A stretch of DNA of 64,000 nucleotides from assembly GCA_964553925.1 (NCBI GenBank), contig CAZKNR010000182.1, forward strand, positions 18,132 to 82,131, given 5' to 3'. How positions within the stretch are numbered: position 1 is the stretch's first letter; every line of letters starts with the position of its first letter. Positions 1 through 9,388 of this stretch are shown here, piece by piece. This DNA is from an uncultured Acidobacteriota bacterium. Its GTDB lineage: Bacteria; Acidobacteriota; Vicinamibacteria; Marinacidobacterales; SMYC01. Both the position numbers and the translations under genes were made by a program. The notes beneath the pieces were generated by a model that was given only the letters and a program-made list of their open reading frames with translations, did not search any database and was not told where the DNA came from.

Positions 1-132
1 CAGTGAGCGAATGGCATTTTGCTTTGTCGAATTTTCCGAGAGCGTTAGCACTCGCGATTGCTGGGTGCTAACAGGCGCGATATTAGTGGCTTTGTTAGCT
101 TCTGTCAAGCAAATAAATCTTAGTCTACAATG

Positions 133-1182
133 CTACGATTTTAGGAGAGTGGGAACCGCCCTTTGAATGGCGGAGATAGCGGCCTCGACCTGACCCGGGG
201 AGATGTCGCGATGGAGCACCGCGCGCACGCGGTCGGGACTCGATCCCAGCATGTGGACGCCTTCCGTGTGGCACCGCTCCACGAAATCGAACGGCGACAC
301 TGCGGTAACGCGAAACCGCACGATGTTCGTCTGGACGAGAGCGACGTCGATCTCGATTCCCGGAAGCTTCGCGAGAGCCGCGGCAAGCCTTCGGGCGTTC
401 TGGTGGTCGGCGGTCAAGTCCTTCCGATGGTTGTCGACGGCGTGGAGCGCAGCCGCCGCGAGCACCCCCGCCTGTCGAAACCCGCCGCCGAACATCTGCT
501 TGAAGCGGCGCGCCCGCTCGACGAAGCCCGCAGATCCCGCGAGCGCCGAGCCGACAGGCGCGCCGAGGCCTTTGGAGAAGCAAACGCTCACGGTGTCGAA
601 AAAGGAGGCGTACTTCGCTTCCGGGATTCCCGTCGCGGCCGAGGCGTTCCAGAGACGCGCGCCATCGAGGTGAAGAGCGAGGCCGCGGCTTCTCGCGGCC
701 CGCGCCACTTCCTCGATGCGCTCGAGGGGCCAGAGGGTCCCGCCGCCTCCGTTGTGCGTGTTCTCGACCGCCAGAAGCTTCGTGGGTGGGCCCAGGGTCT
801 TTGGGTTGAAACGGTGGGGGACTCGAACGGCGCGAAGGACGTCGTCTCCAGTGAAGATTCCGTTCACACCAGGAAGACCCCTCACCTGGATACCGGAGAG
901 CCCCGCGGGAGCGCCGCCTTCGCTGGTAAAGATGTGGGCGCCCGCGTCGGCCAGGATCTCGTCACCGGCCTCGGTATGGGCCCGGAGCCCGACCTGGTTG
1001 CTCATCGTACCGGTGGGCATGAAGACCGCCGCCTCTTTACCGAGGATCTCGGCCGTCCGCTCTTCGAGCGCCCGGACCGTCGGGTCATCCCCGTACACGT
1101 CGTCGCCGACTTCGGCGCGGGCCATGGCCGCGCGCATTTCCTCGGTGGGCTTGGTGACGGTGTCGCTTCTGAGATCGATCAT
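133..1182 (-). CDS. ltaE: Low-specificity L-threonine aldolase (PLP-dependent). The ORF track extends to 1263, but the start is trimmed to the ATG at 1182, giving MIDLRSDTVTKPT.
   Basis: The N-terminal motif DLRSDTVTKPT and a length of about 349 aa are typical of LtaE. The protein-like composition is continuous across the ORF. Confidence 0.85.
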   Translation of the reverse strand: MIDLRSDTVTKPTEEMRAAMARAEVGDDVYGDDPTVRALEERTAEILGKEAAVFMPTGTMSNQVGLRAHTEAGDEILADAGAHIFTSEGGAPAGLSGIQVRGLPGVNGIFTGDDVLRAVRVPHRFNPKTLGPPTKLLAVENTHNGGGGTLWPLERIEEVARAARSRGLALHLDGARLWNASAATGIPEAKYASFFDTVSVCFSKGLGAPVGSALAGSAGFVERARRFKQMFGGGFRQAGVLAAAALHAVDNHRKDLTADHQNARRLAAALAKLPGIEIDVALVQTNIVRFRVTAVSPFDFVERCHTEGVHMLGSSPDRVRAVLHRDISPGQVEAAISAIQRAVPTLLKS

Positions 1183-1288
1183 GGCTTCCTCGACCGACGA
1201 GTCTACCTCAGCGCCCGCGCTTGCGCTCCCCGAAGAGGGGTGGGATCCTGGATTTAAACCCACAACTCACGAATCCAAGGAGCCGACG

Positions 1289-2011
1289 ATGATCGCTCGC
1301 ATTCTCGCTCTGGCGCTTTGTCTTTCCTGGCTTCCCGCCGAGGCCTCGGCCGCGTTCCGGTTCCGGGTTCCCGAAGGTTTTCGCGACCTCTCCCCCGGAC
1401 TCCCCGACGCGAGCTTCGCCGGTCTTCCGGACGCGATCCTGGCCCTAGCGCGGAGCGGCAAGTACGTCGCCTTCGGGATGGATCTGCGTGAGGAAGACGG
1501 CTTCTACGAGAACTTCAACGCTACCGTGGAGCCGGGTGCTCTTCGGGTGAGCGAGGACTTCGCGAACGAGCACAAGGCCACGCTCCCTGCCGACTACTCG
1601 AAGCTCGTTGGAGGACCCGTCGTGATCGTCGAGCACGGCGTCGCGAGCCTCGGAGGCGTTCCCGTGGTGCGAGCGGTCTACGACGTCCAGAACGACGGTG
1701 TTCCCATGCGCCAGATGCAGTACTTGATCCCCGGCGGCAACGGCGAGTGGGCGATCTTGACTTACACGGCGACGCCTCTGACGTTCGAACGGTATCTCCC
1801 GCTCTTCGAGGCCTCAGCGGCCGCGACCGAGGGTCTGCAAGAAGCGAAGCTCGTGGACTTCGGGCGAGCTGGAAAGTGGGGCGTTTATGGGGCCGGGATC
1901 GGCCTCATCGTCGGCTTGATCGCGCACCTCGCGAAAAAGCGGGAGAAAGCGGCGAAACCCGTTCCGCGCCGGATGCCGGGCCGGCCCCCCCGGTCTATTA
2001 CCCGGCGGTAG
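1289..2011 (+). CDS. Hypothetical secreted protein with a C-terminal membrane anchor (240 aa).
   Basis: An AAGGAG Shine-Dalgarno sits 7 nt before the ATG at 1289. An N-terminal signal peptide (MIARILALALCLSWLPAEASA) and a C-terminal hydrophobic helix followed by KKREK are present. The upstream part of ORF 716..2011 overlaps ltaE out of frame and is rejected. Confidence 0.55.
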   Translation: MIARILALALCLSWLPAEASAAFRFRVPEGFRDLSPGLPDASFAGLPDAILALARSGKYVAFGMDLREEDGFYENFNATVEPGALRVSEDFANEHKATLPADYSKLVGGPVVIVEHGVASLGGVPVVRAVYDVQNDGVPMRQMQYLIPGGNGEWAILTYTATPLTFERYLPLFEASAAATEGLQEAKLVDFGRAGKWGVYGAGIGLIVGLIAHLAKKREKAAKPVPRRMPGRPPRSITRR

Positions 2012-2042
2012 TTTCTTGCCGGACTTTGTGGAAGAATTCGGC

Positions 2043-3257
2043 ATGCTGCGAGACACCCTTTTCTCAAAGAGCCGGCGTGCCTTCCTGAAATTCCTGGCGC
2101 AGAGCCCAGCGCTCGCCTTCGTGGGCCAGTCGAGCAGCAAGTTCGCGGGAAGAGGCGACGGAGCCATCACCTCTCCCGAGGAGGCGATCAACGTCTTCGA
2201 CTTCGAGGTCCGCGCCCAGAAAGAGCTCGACCCCGCCCATTGGGGTTACCTCGCGACCGGCACCGACGACGACGGGACCATCCGGGCGAACCGCGACGGC
2301 TTTTCCAGGTTCCAGCTCCGGCCGCGGCGTCTCGTCGACGTGCGCACGATCGATACGACGACCGAAGTTCTGGGAACCAAGTGGTCGACGCCGATCGTCC
2401 TCGCTCCTACCGGACGGCAGAGGGCGTTTCATCCCGATGGGGAGGTCGCCGTGGCGCGCGGGGCGCGCGCGGGAAACCACCTTCAGATTCTTTCCACGGT
2501 GACGTCGACCGGGGTCGAAGAGGTGATCGAGGCCCGGGGCGCCCCGATCTGGTATCAGCTTTATGCGGAGTACGACTGGGAGACAACGCGCGCTCTCGTG
2601 AAGCGGGCGGAAAAAGCCGGCTGCAGCGCGGTGGCTCTCACCGTGGACCTCCAGGGCGGAAGCAACCGCGAGACGGTGAAACGATTCGCGAGGCTCGACT
2701 CCCGGGATTGTTCCGCCTGCCATCCCGCGGCATTCTCCGACTACATCCGCACCAAGCCGATGTACGACGGGCTCGAGGTCGCGGGCGACACCACGTTCGA
2801 GGAAAGCCTGAACTGGGAGTTCGTACGAAAGCTCAAGGATGCGACGACGATGAAGGTGCTGATCAAAGGCATCGTCACCGCCGAAGACACTCTCCTCGCG
2901 GTCGAGAACGGCGTCGACGGGGTCATCGTTTCGAACCACGGAGGCCGCGCGGAAAACAGCACCCGCGGCACGATCGAGTGCCTCCCGGAGGTCGTCGAAG
3001 CCGCTTCCGGCCGGACCGCGGTCTTGATCGACGGCGGATTCCGGCGCGGGACCGACATCTTCAAGGCGCTCGCGCTCGGAGCGGACGCCGTCTGCGTGGG
3101 AAGGCCCTATCTATGGGGGCTGGCTTCGTTCGGGCAGCCGGGGGTCGAGACGGTTCTCGATATCCTGCGAAGAGAGCTCGTCATGGTGATGAAGCAGATG
3201 GGGACCACGACCATCGCGGACATCGGGCGCTCATCGGTGGCCGAGAGATCGGTCTAG
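2043..3257 (+). CDS. FMN-dependent alpha-hydroxy acid dehydrogenase/oxidase (LldD/glycolate oxidase family) with a twin-arginine (Tat) signal.
   Basis: The product has an FMN-dependent dehydrogenase fold along its length. The N-terminus carries SRRAFLKFLAQSPALAFVG, which matches the Tat consensus S-R-R-x-F-L-K. The ATG is at 2043. Confidence 0.8.
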   Translation: MLRDTLFSKSRRAFLKFLAQSPALAFVGQSSSKFAGRGDGAITSPEEAINVFDFEVRAQKELDPAHWGYLATGTDDDGTIRANRDGFSRFQLRPRRLVDVRTIDTTTEVLGTKWSTPIVLAPTGRQRAFHPDGEVAVARGARAGNHLQILSTVTSTGVEEVIEARGAPIWYQLYAEYDWETTRALVKRAEKAGCSAVALTVDLQGGSNRETVKRFARLDSRDCSACHPAAFSDYIRTKPMYDGLEVAGDTTFEESLNWEFVRKLKDATTMKVLIKGIVTAEDTLLAVENGVDGVIVSNHGGRAENSTRGTIECLPEVVEAASGRTAVLIDGGFRRGTDIFKALALGADAVCVGRPYLWGLASFGQPGVETVLDILRRELVMVMKQMGTTTIADIGRSSVAERSV

Positions 3258-4445
3258 AACGACTTCGCCCCCTTTCATCACCCAAACGATCTCGCGCAGA
3301 GCCGAAACGTTTCGCGTGGGGTCAGAGCGGACGGCGATGAGATCTGCGTACTTGCCGGCATCGATCGTTCCGATGTCCTTCTCGGCTCCCAAGAGACTCG
3401 CCGCTTCGACCGTCGCCGATCTCAAGGCGGCGACGGGCGTCAGCCCTGCCTCGACGTAATATTCCATCTCTCGAACCGTCGCCGTCGTGCCGTCGTTCTC
3501 CTCGAAGGGGAACTGATCGGTCCCGAGCCCGATCCGAACCCCCTCCTCGATCGCCATACGGAGCGTCTCGAAGTGGCGGGGGCCGACGGACTTCACCCGC
3601 TCGAGATACCACGGGGGCGAGCCGATTCTCTCGAAAAACGGCATGGTCGAAGGCTGGCTCACGACGATGGTGGGGACGAAGAACGTCCCGCGCTCTTTCA
3701 TTTGGCGCAGGACCTCGCGGGTGAGGAAATAGCCGTGCTCGATGCAATCGATTCCGAGACCGACCGCTGTCGCCGTCGCCTGAGGCGATCCGGAATGCGC
3801 CGTCACCTTGACCCCGAAGCGGTGTGCGGCGTCCACCACGGCCTCGATCTCATCGTCCGTCATGAGGGCTTCGGCGATGTCTCCTCGAGGGGTAGCGATG
3901 CCGCCTGAGATCGCGATCTTGATCCAGGTGGCGCCGGCGCCGATCTCGCGCCGTACCGCTTTCACGAGCTCGTAGGGTCCGTCAGATGTCTCACCGGAAG
4001 CCCCGTGGCCCGAAGTGATGTCGACCATCTCGCCGGCGCTGTGGATGCGGGGTCCTCGGACCTCATCCCTCTCGATGGCGCGTTTGAGAGCGATATCGGC
4101 GTGGCGCCCGTCGCCCGGGATGCGGATGGTGGTGACTCCGGCCTCGAGCGATTTGCGGGCGTTCGAAGCCATCCGGAGCGCGAGCGCGGCGTCGGTCTCG
4201 TCCGCGAGCTCCGCCGCCATCTTTCCGGGAAGCACGAGGCCGAGGTGGACGTGGAGGTTCACGAGACCCGGAAGGAGGAAGAGGCCGTCCGCCCTGATGA
4301 GCGCTGCGCCCGGGGGAGCCGCGCCTCCGATCGCCTGGATGCGATCTCCCTCGATGACGACGACGGCGTTCGCGAGGTGAGGGCCGCCGTCGAGGTTCAC
4401 GAGCGTGGCCCCCACGATCGCGGTCGTCGCCAGCAGGGGAATCAT
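3231..4445 (-). CDS. Amidohydrolase-family metal-dependent hydrolase (imidazolonepropionase/Xaa-Pro dipeptidase-like).
   Basis: HxH metal-ligand motifs (NLHVHLG) and the amidohydrolase TIM-barrel pattern are present. The start is trimmed to the ATG at 4445 (MIPLLATTA), which overlaps the upstream stop as ATGA. Confidence 0.8.
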   Translation of the reverse strand: MIPLLATTAIVGATLVNLDGGPHLANAVVVIEGDRIQAIGGAAPPGAALIRADGLFLLPGLVNLHVHLGLVLPGKMAAELADETDAALALRMASNARKSLEAGVTTIRIPGDGRHADIALKRAIERDEVRGPRIHSAGEMVDITSGHGASGETSDGPYELVKAVRREIGAGATWIKIAISGGIATPRGDIAEALMTDDEIEAVVDAAHRFGVKVTAHSGSPQATATAVGLGIDCIEHGYFLTREVLRQMKERGTFFVPTIVVSQPSTMPFFERIGSPPWYLERVKSVGPRHFETLRMAIEEGVRIGLGTDQFPFEENDGTTATVREMEYYVEAGLTPVAALRSATVEAASLLGAEKDIGTIDAGKYADLIAVRSDPTRNVSALREIVWVMKGGEVVLDRSLGHR

Positions 4446-5551
4446 TGGCGCATGACGTCGGACCACATGGCGATGGGGTTCCGCAGAGTACCGATGCCTT
4501 CGACCGAGCACTCCGCCACGTCTCCCGGCTTCATGAAAATCGGAGGCACCCGGGCCATCCCAACACCCGAGGGAGTCCCGGTCGCGATGACGTCGCCGGG
4601 CTGAAGAATGATGTTGTTCGACACGAAATGCAGGAGCTCGTCGATAGAGTGCTGCATCAGCGAAGTCGACGCGTCCTGCATTCTCTTGCCCGAGAGGTCG
4701 AACCAGATATGGAGCTTATGGGGGTCGGCGATGAACTCCTTGGGCACGATGAACGGGCCGAGAGGGGCGAAGGTGTCCGTGCTCTTCCACACGAGCCAAT
4801 CGGACCCGTAGCGATTGTCGCCGCGGCCTTCGCGGTCTCCCACGTCGTTCATGAGGGTGTAGCCGAATACGTGCTCGCGCGCCCGGTCGATAGGGACGTG
4901 GCTCGCGGGCTTTCCGATGACGACGGCGAACTCGCACTCCCAGTCGAGCTGCTCCCGCTTGGGCTTCATCAGGATCGGGGATTCGTGGCCGATGACGATC
5001 CGCGGCGGCTTGAAGAAGAGGTAGGGGTTCTGCCGCCGATCGCCGGGCTTGCGCTCCCAGAAGAAGTCCATGGAGACCGGAGCGTCGTCGATGGCTTTCG
5101 AGTCCGACATCTGAGCCGGGACGCCGGTCGTCATCTCCTGGGCGTGGGCCCAGTAGTTCAACGCGGCGGCGAGGATCACTCCGGGCTCGACCGGGGGAAA
5201 CACGTCGAGCTCCGCGAGGTCGTGGATATAGACGGGTCGGTCGGCGCTTTCCAGGCCGCCGACAAGTCGGTCAACGATCGCATGAATCCGCTCCTTCAGC
5301 CCGTACTCGTAGCGGCCGATTAGGTCTTTCATGTCCTCGGGCATGGGAAGCTTCACCCAGAGCGGCTCCCGTCGTTCGAGGGATGCATTCGCGCGCGCGA
5401 AGTCCACGACATAGCGGTCGCGGAGGACGATGCCGACGAGCTCTTCTCCCCGGTACTCGAAGGTGCCGAGCTTGAACGGCTCCTCCGAGGCGGCGGCGAG
5501 ACGGGTCGCGGCGAACAAGAGGGTGAGCGCAAGAACGGTCTTCGTCATCAT
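4442..5551 (-). CDS. Fumarylacetoacetate hydrolase (FAH) family protein with an N-terminal Sec signal peptide.
   Basis: The C-terminal FAH catalytic domain has an HpcE/2-keto-4-pentenoate-hydratase-like signature. The N-terminus is MMTKTVLALTLLFAATRLAAASE. The gene is translationally coupled (ATGA) to the downstream amidohydrolase. Confidence 0.8.
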   Translation of the reverse strand: MMTKTVLALTLLFAATRLAAASEEPFKLGTFEYRGEELVGIVLRDRYVVDFARANASLERREPLWVKLPMPEDMKDLIGRYEYGLKERIHAIVDRLVGGLESADRPVYIHDLAELDVFPPVEPGVILAAALNYWAHAQEMTTGVPAQMSDSKAIDDAPVSMDFFWERKPGDRRQNPYLFFKPPRIVIGHESPILMKPKREQLDWECEFAVVIGKPASHVPIDRAREHVFGYTLMNDVGDREGRGDNRYGSDWLVWKSTDTFAPLGPFIVPKEFIADPHKLHIWFDLSGKRMQDASTSLMQHSIDELLHFVSNNIILQPGDVIATGTPSGVGMARVPPIFMKPGDVAECSVEGIGTLRNPIAMWSDVMRQ

Positions 5552-5584
5552 CGCGGGAAAGCTATGCCGAAGGCGAAGCCGGCG

Positions 5585-7567
5585 TCAAGGAGGGGTCGGA
5601 GAGGCGATCTGCTGCCCGGGGAGAAAGGGCGGCATGGGGAGACCGAGCGAGTCCGCGATCGCTCGAAGCACCTCGCCCTCGGCCACGGTGATGGTGGAGT
5701 CGAAGGCGCTCGCGGCGATGAACGCCCGCATGACGTCCTTCTTGAGCTTGGGAGAAAGCTTCTCGAGCCTGGCGAGAGAGTCCCTCACGCCCACGAGCCC
5801 GGCTTGCTCCAGAGGAAGGAGCGTGAGCGAAACGCCGTTCAGCTCCTTGGCGCCCTGGGCGAACGCGCGCTTCGCGCCCTCGGGCTCCTTGTGGCCGGCG
5901 TGAGCGACTGCGGAAAGGAGCACCGCGCACTCCTTGCCGAGCGCCGGAAGCGCGTAGAACTCGACCGTCGGGGGACGGGTCCGAGTGAACGTGGGCTCGA
6001 GGTGCCGCTTCAGCACGTGGGTCAGCGTGTACTCGAAGAGATCGATCTGACTGTCGGCGCGGACGAAGCTCTCGACGTGCTTCATGAAAGCTTGATACTG
6101 CGCGGGAGAGAGCCTTCGAAGCGCGGGAAGCGCCAAGTCCAGTAGCGGAAGGCGTATCTCGCGAGGGCTCGACTCGAGAAGGGGCACGAGCTCTCGGGCC
6201 TCACGGGCCAGGGGCTCGTCCGAGTCCGAAAGATACTGGAACTGCTTGAGACGGACGTCAGGCTCTCGCGACGTCAGCAGGGTCAAGATGACACCGCGTG
6301 CCGCCGAAGGGTCGTGGACCGCGGTCAGAACGCGTTCCGGGATTCGGGAGAGGAGGCTCTTGGCGTAGTCAAGATGGACTTGATCCAGCGTCCCGATGAG
6401 AGCGGTGAGCTGGGCGGGAAGTGCTTCGAAGAGCTGCGCCGCGCGGGCGTCTCCTCGGGCGGGCCGAGCGGGCGTCGGCTCGGTGCCGGCGAAGTCGGTG
6501 GGCTCCACCTTCGGATAAGTTCCGTTCCAGCTCTTGTCGATGCGCTTGATGCGATCGCGGAGCGGCGGGTGGGTCGCGAGGAAGTCGAAATGGCTCCCGC
6601 CCGCGAGCCGCATGCGCACCTTCCCGAGCTTCCCGTCGGAGAAGAAGAAGTGACTCACCTGCTCCGCGTGCGGGCTCATGATGAGGGAGCCCGTGGCGAG
6701 GCCCCCGATCTTCTTGAGTGCCCCAGCGACGCCGTTGGCGTTCCTGGTGAACTGAACCGCCGAGGCATCGGCGAGAAACTCGCGCTGCCTCGAGACCGCG
6801 CTCTTGATGACCCGGCCGAAGAACACCCCGACGTATCCAATGGCCACGAGCGTCACGCCCAACATCGGCAGCGCGAGGAGGGCAGCGCCTCCCTTGCGGT
6901 TCGACGACGAGGCCCGCACCGTGGACCTCAAGATGAAATACCCGATGAGCGCGATGACCAGAATTCCGTGGAGAACGCCCATGAGGCGCAGGTTCAGGCT
7001 CATGTCGCCGTTGAAGATGTGGGAGAACTCGTGGGCGATGACGCCCTGAAGCTCCTCACGATTCAGGATTCCCATCGTGCCCCGGGTCACGCCCAGGACC
7101 GCGTCCTGGGGAGTGAAGCCGGCGGCGAAGGCGTTGATGCCCTCCTCTTTGTCGAGGAGATAGATCGTGGGAACGGGAAGACCGGCGGCGATGGCCATCT
7201 CCTCGACGACGTTGAGAAGACGCCGCTCCGCCGGATCGGTGGTGTTGGGATCGATCGGCCGTCCGCCGAGAAGACGCGCCACCGTATGGCCGCCGTCTTT
7301 GAGCCTCCAGGTCTTGTAGAGGCTCCCGGCGGTGATGACCAGAAGAGCTCCGCCAGCGAGGACCACGAACCGATCGAGCTGCCACCAGTCGAAGGGCTCG
7401 AGCGTGTTCGACGAGACCCACATCAGGAGGAAGCTGACCGCGAGGTGGACGCTCAGAACGATGGCGACGACCGCGAGCCCGAAGTAAAGGAGAAGGACGC
7501 GGCTCGCCTTTCGCGCCTGGTCCTGATGCTGAAAGAAGTCCAATTTTAGTGCTCGCTCGCTCTTCAA
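5585..7567 (-). CDS. M48-family zinc metallopeptidase (HtpX-like, with a large C-terminal extension). The start appears to be TTG.
   Basis: The HEFSH (HExxH) motif, N-terminal transmembrane helices and a position next to lemA are the classic LemA-M48 pair. Confidence 0.8.
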   Translation of the reverse strand: MKSERALKLDFFQHQDQARKASRVLLLYFGLAVVAIVLSVHLAVSFLLMWVSSNTLEPFDWWQLDRFVVLAGGALLVITAGSLYKTWRLKDGGHTVARLLGGRPIDPNTTDPAERRLLNVVEEMAIAAGLPVPTIYLLDKEEGINAFAAGFTPQDAVLGVTRGTMGILNREELQGVIAHEFSHIFNGDMSLNLRLMGVLHGILVIALIGYFILRSTVRASSSNRKGGAALLALPMLGVTLVAIGYVGVFFGRVIKSAVSRQREFLADASAVQFTRNANGVAGALKKIGGLATGSLIMSPHAEQVSHFFFSDGKLGKVRMRLAGGSHFDFLATHPPLRDRIKRIDKSWNGTYPKVEPTDFAGTEPTPARPARGDARAAQLFEALPAQLTALIGTLDQVHLDYAKSLLSRIPERVLTAVHDPSAARGVILTLLTSREPDVRLKQFQYLSDSDEPLAREARELVPLLESSPREIRLPLLDLALPALRRLSPAQYQAFMKHVESFVRADSQIDLFEYTLTHVLKRHLEPTFTRTRPPTVEFYALPALGKECAVLLSAVAHAGHKEPEGAKRAFAQGAKELNGVSLTLLPLEQAGLVGVRDSLARLEKLSPKLKKDVMRAFIAASAFDSTITVAEGEVLRAIADSLGLPMPPFLPGQQIASPTPP

Positions 7568-7761
7568 TCAATGCGCTGGGGCCCCACCCCCAGCGCTTCT
7601 CGCTCCGGGACTCGCTGCGCTTGCCCTGCGCTCGGGCTGCCGGCGCCGCTCGCTCCCCTCGCTCCTCGCTCGGGGAGGACAGGGCCCTTCCGCCTCCGCC
7701 CTTCGGGCTTCGGCGGACCCGCCGAAGCTTCGCGAAGGCGGGCCGGGCATGTTGCCGTGCG

Positions 7762-8349
7762 TTAGAATTTCACCTTCGGCGCCTGGCGCTCTTCCTTCGA
7801 CTCCACCTCGAAGAGCACAGCCGCGGTGAACCCCATGCTGTTCGCGATGATGACGTTCGGGAACTTCTCGCGCGCGATGTTGTACTCGGTTACGGCGTCG
7901 TTATACGCCTGGCGGGAGAAAGCTACCCGGTTCTCCGTCGATGTCAGCTCTTCCGTGAGCTGGGCCATGTTCTGGTTCGCCTTGAGGTCGGGGTACGACT
8001 CCATGAGGGCGAAAAGACGACCGACGGCGCCGGTGAGGGTCGCCTCGGCCCCCATGAGCCCCTTCATCGCGTTCGCGTCGCTGGGGTTCGCTGCCGCGCG
8101 GCCCTCCGCGGTGACCGCCTGATTGCGCGCCTGGATGACCGCCTCGAGCGTCTCCCTCTCGTGCTTCATGTAGGCCTTCGCCGTCTCGACGAGGTTCGGG
8201 ATCAAGTCGTAGCGTCTTTTGAGCTGCACGTCGATCTGGGAGAAGGCGTTCTTGAAGCGGTTCCTCAGGGTGACGAGACCGTTGTAGATGCTGACGAGGA
8301 ACAGGACGAAGACGACGATGAGTCCGAGAAAGATCAGCCCAGGGATCAC
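7762..8349 (-). CDS. lemA: LemA family protein.
   Basis: An N-terminal transmembrane helix plus a conserved LemA domain are present. The start is GTG, preceded by AAGGAG. Confidence 0.85.
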   Translation of the reverse strand: MIPGLIFLGLIVVFVLFLVSIYNGLVTLRNRFKNAFSQIDVQLKRRYDLIPNLVETAKAYMKHERETLEAVIQARNQAVTAEGRAAANPSDANAMKGLMGAEATLTGAVGRLFALMESYPDLKANQNMAQLTEELTSTENRVAFSRQAYNDAVTEYNIAREKFPNVIIANSMGFTAAVLFEVESKEERQAPKVKF

Positions 8350-8473
8350 AGAGAGCTCCTTTCAAACGAGCGCATTCGCGGACGAGCGTATCAAGACCGC
8401 GAGAAGATCGTTGATGTATGTGATTCGATTATAGGGGACGGAAATCACGCTCGCTACTGGCGCTGGTTCCGAG

Positions 8474-9388
8474 TCATTGCCGCCCAGTATCTGGATGGGT
8501 GTACTGGAACATTCCTATCGTCCCGTCCGGTTGGATGAGGTGACCGCGGCCTCCTAGGAACAGCCGCGCCTCATACTTCATTCCGCGGTCGGTGAACGAT
8601 ACGGTACACCACGAAGCGTAATGGAACTCGTGGATGATGGGATCGTCGGCCGCAATGGGCTCGGCCGTGGCCATGAGAGCACGAAACAGCGGCACATCGA
8701 GTGGCGGATCGCACCGGAAATTTCCCGGTATCAGAGGTTTTCGCGGGTCGAGACCGGGTACGAGTATTTCGCTCATCGCCTCGGACCCGGGGATTTCGGG
8801 CAGAGTCGTAAGCTCACGGTGCGGCTCCAGCTGAAGGCCCGTGAAGTAGGCGGCGAGTCGCTCGATTTGGTCTTTTGACAACGACGACGGCCAGCTCAGC
8901 TGGACCTCGAACTCGAGGCGCTCCAGATACGCGCGCTCACCTCTCCGAAGGTTCCCGAGCTCCATCGACGTCACGATCAATAGGCCCCGGCCAAACCCTG
9001 GAAGCTCTGTCGCCTGGGCCGGGGTTAGGGGGTAATCGATGGAGAGGCCGACTTCCGGCGAGAAGAGGAACTCGCGCTCCTCCTGCGGCGCGTTGACACT
9101 GCCATCGTTCGGGCCGGTGTTATCGCTGTTCCGAAAATGCCATCCCTCCAGGTAGCGAGGATTCGGAGCGAAATGGAACGGTGGGGTCAGGCGCGCGATG
9201 TTCTCCTGCGGACGATCGTCGCGAACGAGGATCTCCCACCCATACTCGCGCGGTTCCAGGAGCAGCGTGAGGCCCGGCCCGAACTGCTTCTCGAAGCGGT
9301 TACCCTTGTGAATTCGGGCCTCGAAGGACGCACACTCCCAATCCGGAGGGCAGATACCGAGCAGCCACAAGAGCGCGACCGCTATCAT
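8474..9388 (-). CDS. Hypothetical secreted protein (304 aa).
   Basis: A signal peptide begins at the ATG at 9388 (MIAVALLWLLGICPP). This start overlaps the DinB stop as ATGA. Confidence 0.5.
   Translation of the reverse strand: MIAVALLWLLGICPPDWECASFEARIHKGNRFEKQFGPGLTLLLEPREYGWEILVRDDRPQENIARLTPPFHFAPNPRYLEGWHFRNSDNTGPNDGSVNAPQEEREFLFSPEVGLSIDYPLTPAQATELPGFGRGLLIVTSMELGNLRRGERAYLERLEFEVQLSWPSSLSKDQIERLAAYFTGLQLEPHRELTTLPEIPGSEAMSEILVPGLDPRKPLIPGNFRCDPPLDVPLFRALMATAEPIAADDPIIHEFHYASWCTVSFTDRGMKYEARLFLGGRGHLIQPDGTIGMFQYTHPDTGRQ

Noticed and set aside
163-1257. A 364-aa plus-strand ORF, and many similar long ORFs:
- 716-1288 (front part of the 716..2011 ORF)
- 2064-2939 minus
- 2240-3340 plus
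- 6314-7549 plus
- 11214-12026 plus
- 14169-15161 minus
- 15737-16600 minus
- 18112-20484 minus
- 21168-22034 minus
- 31756-33216 minus
- 35893-37236 minus
- 37453-38742 plus
- 38962-40413 plus
- 41854-42927 plus
- 47303-48622 (front part of the 47303..49633 ORF)
- 49925-51754 plus
- 55654-57255 minus
   Set aside because: Each is antisense to, or out of frame with, a gene that has clear family signatures. Their composition is R/G/P/A-rich, typical of open frames arising by chance in 68%-GC DNA. None has a ribosome-binding site.
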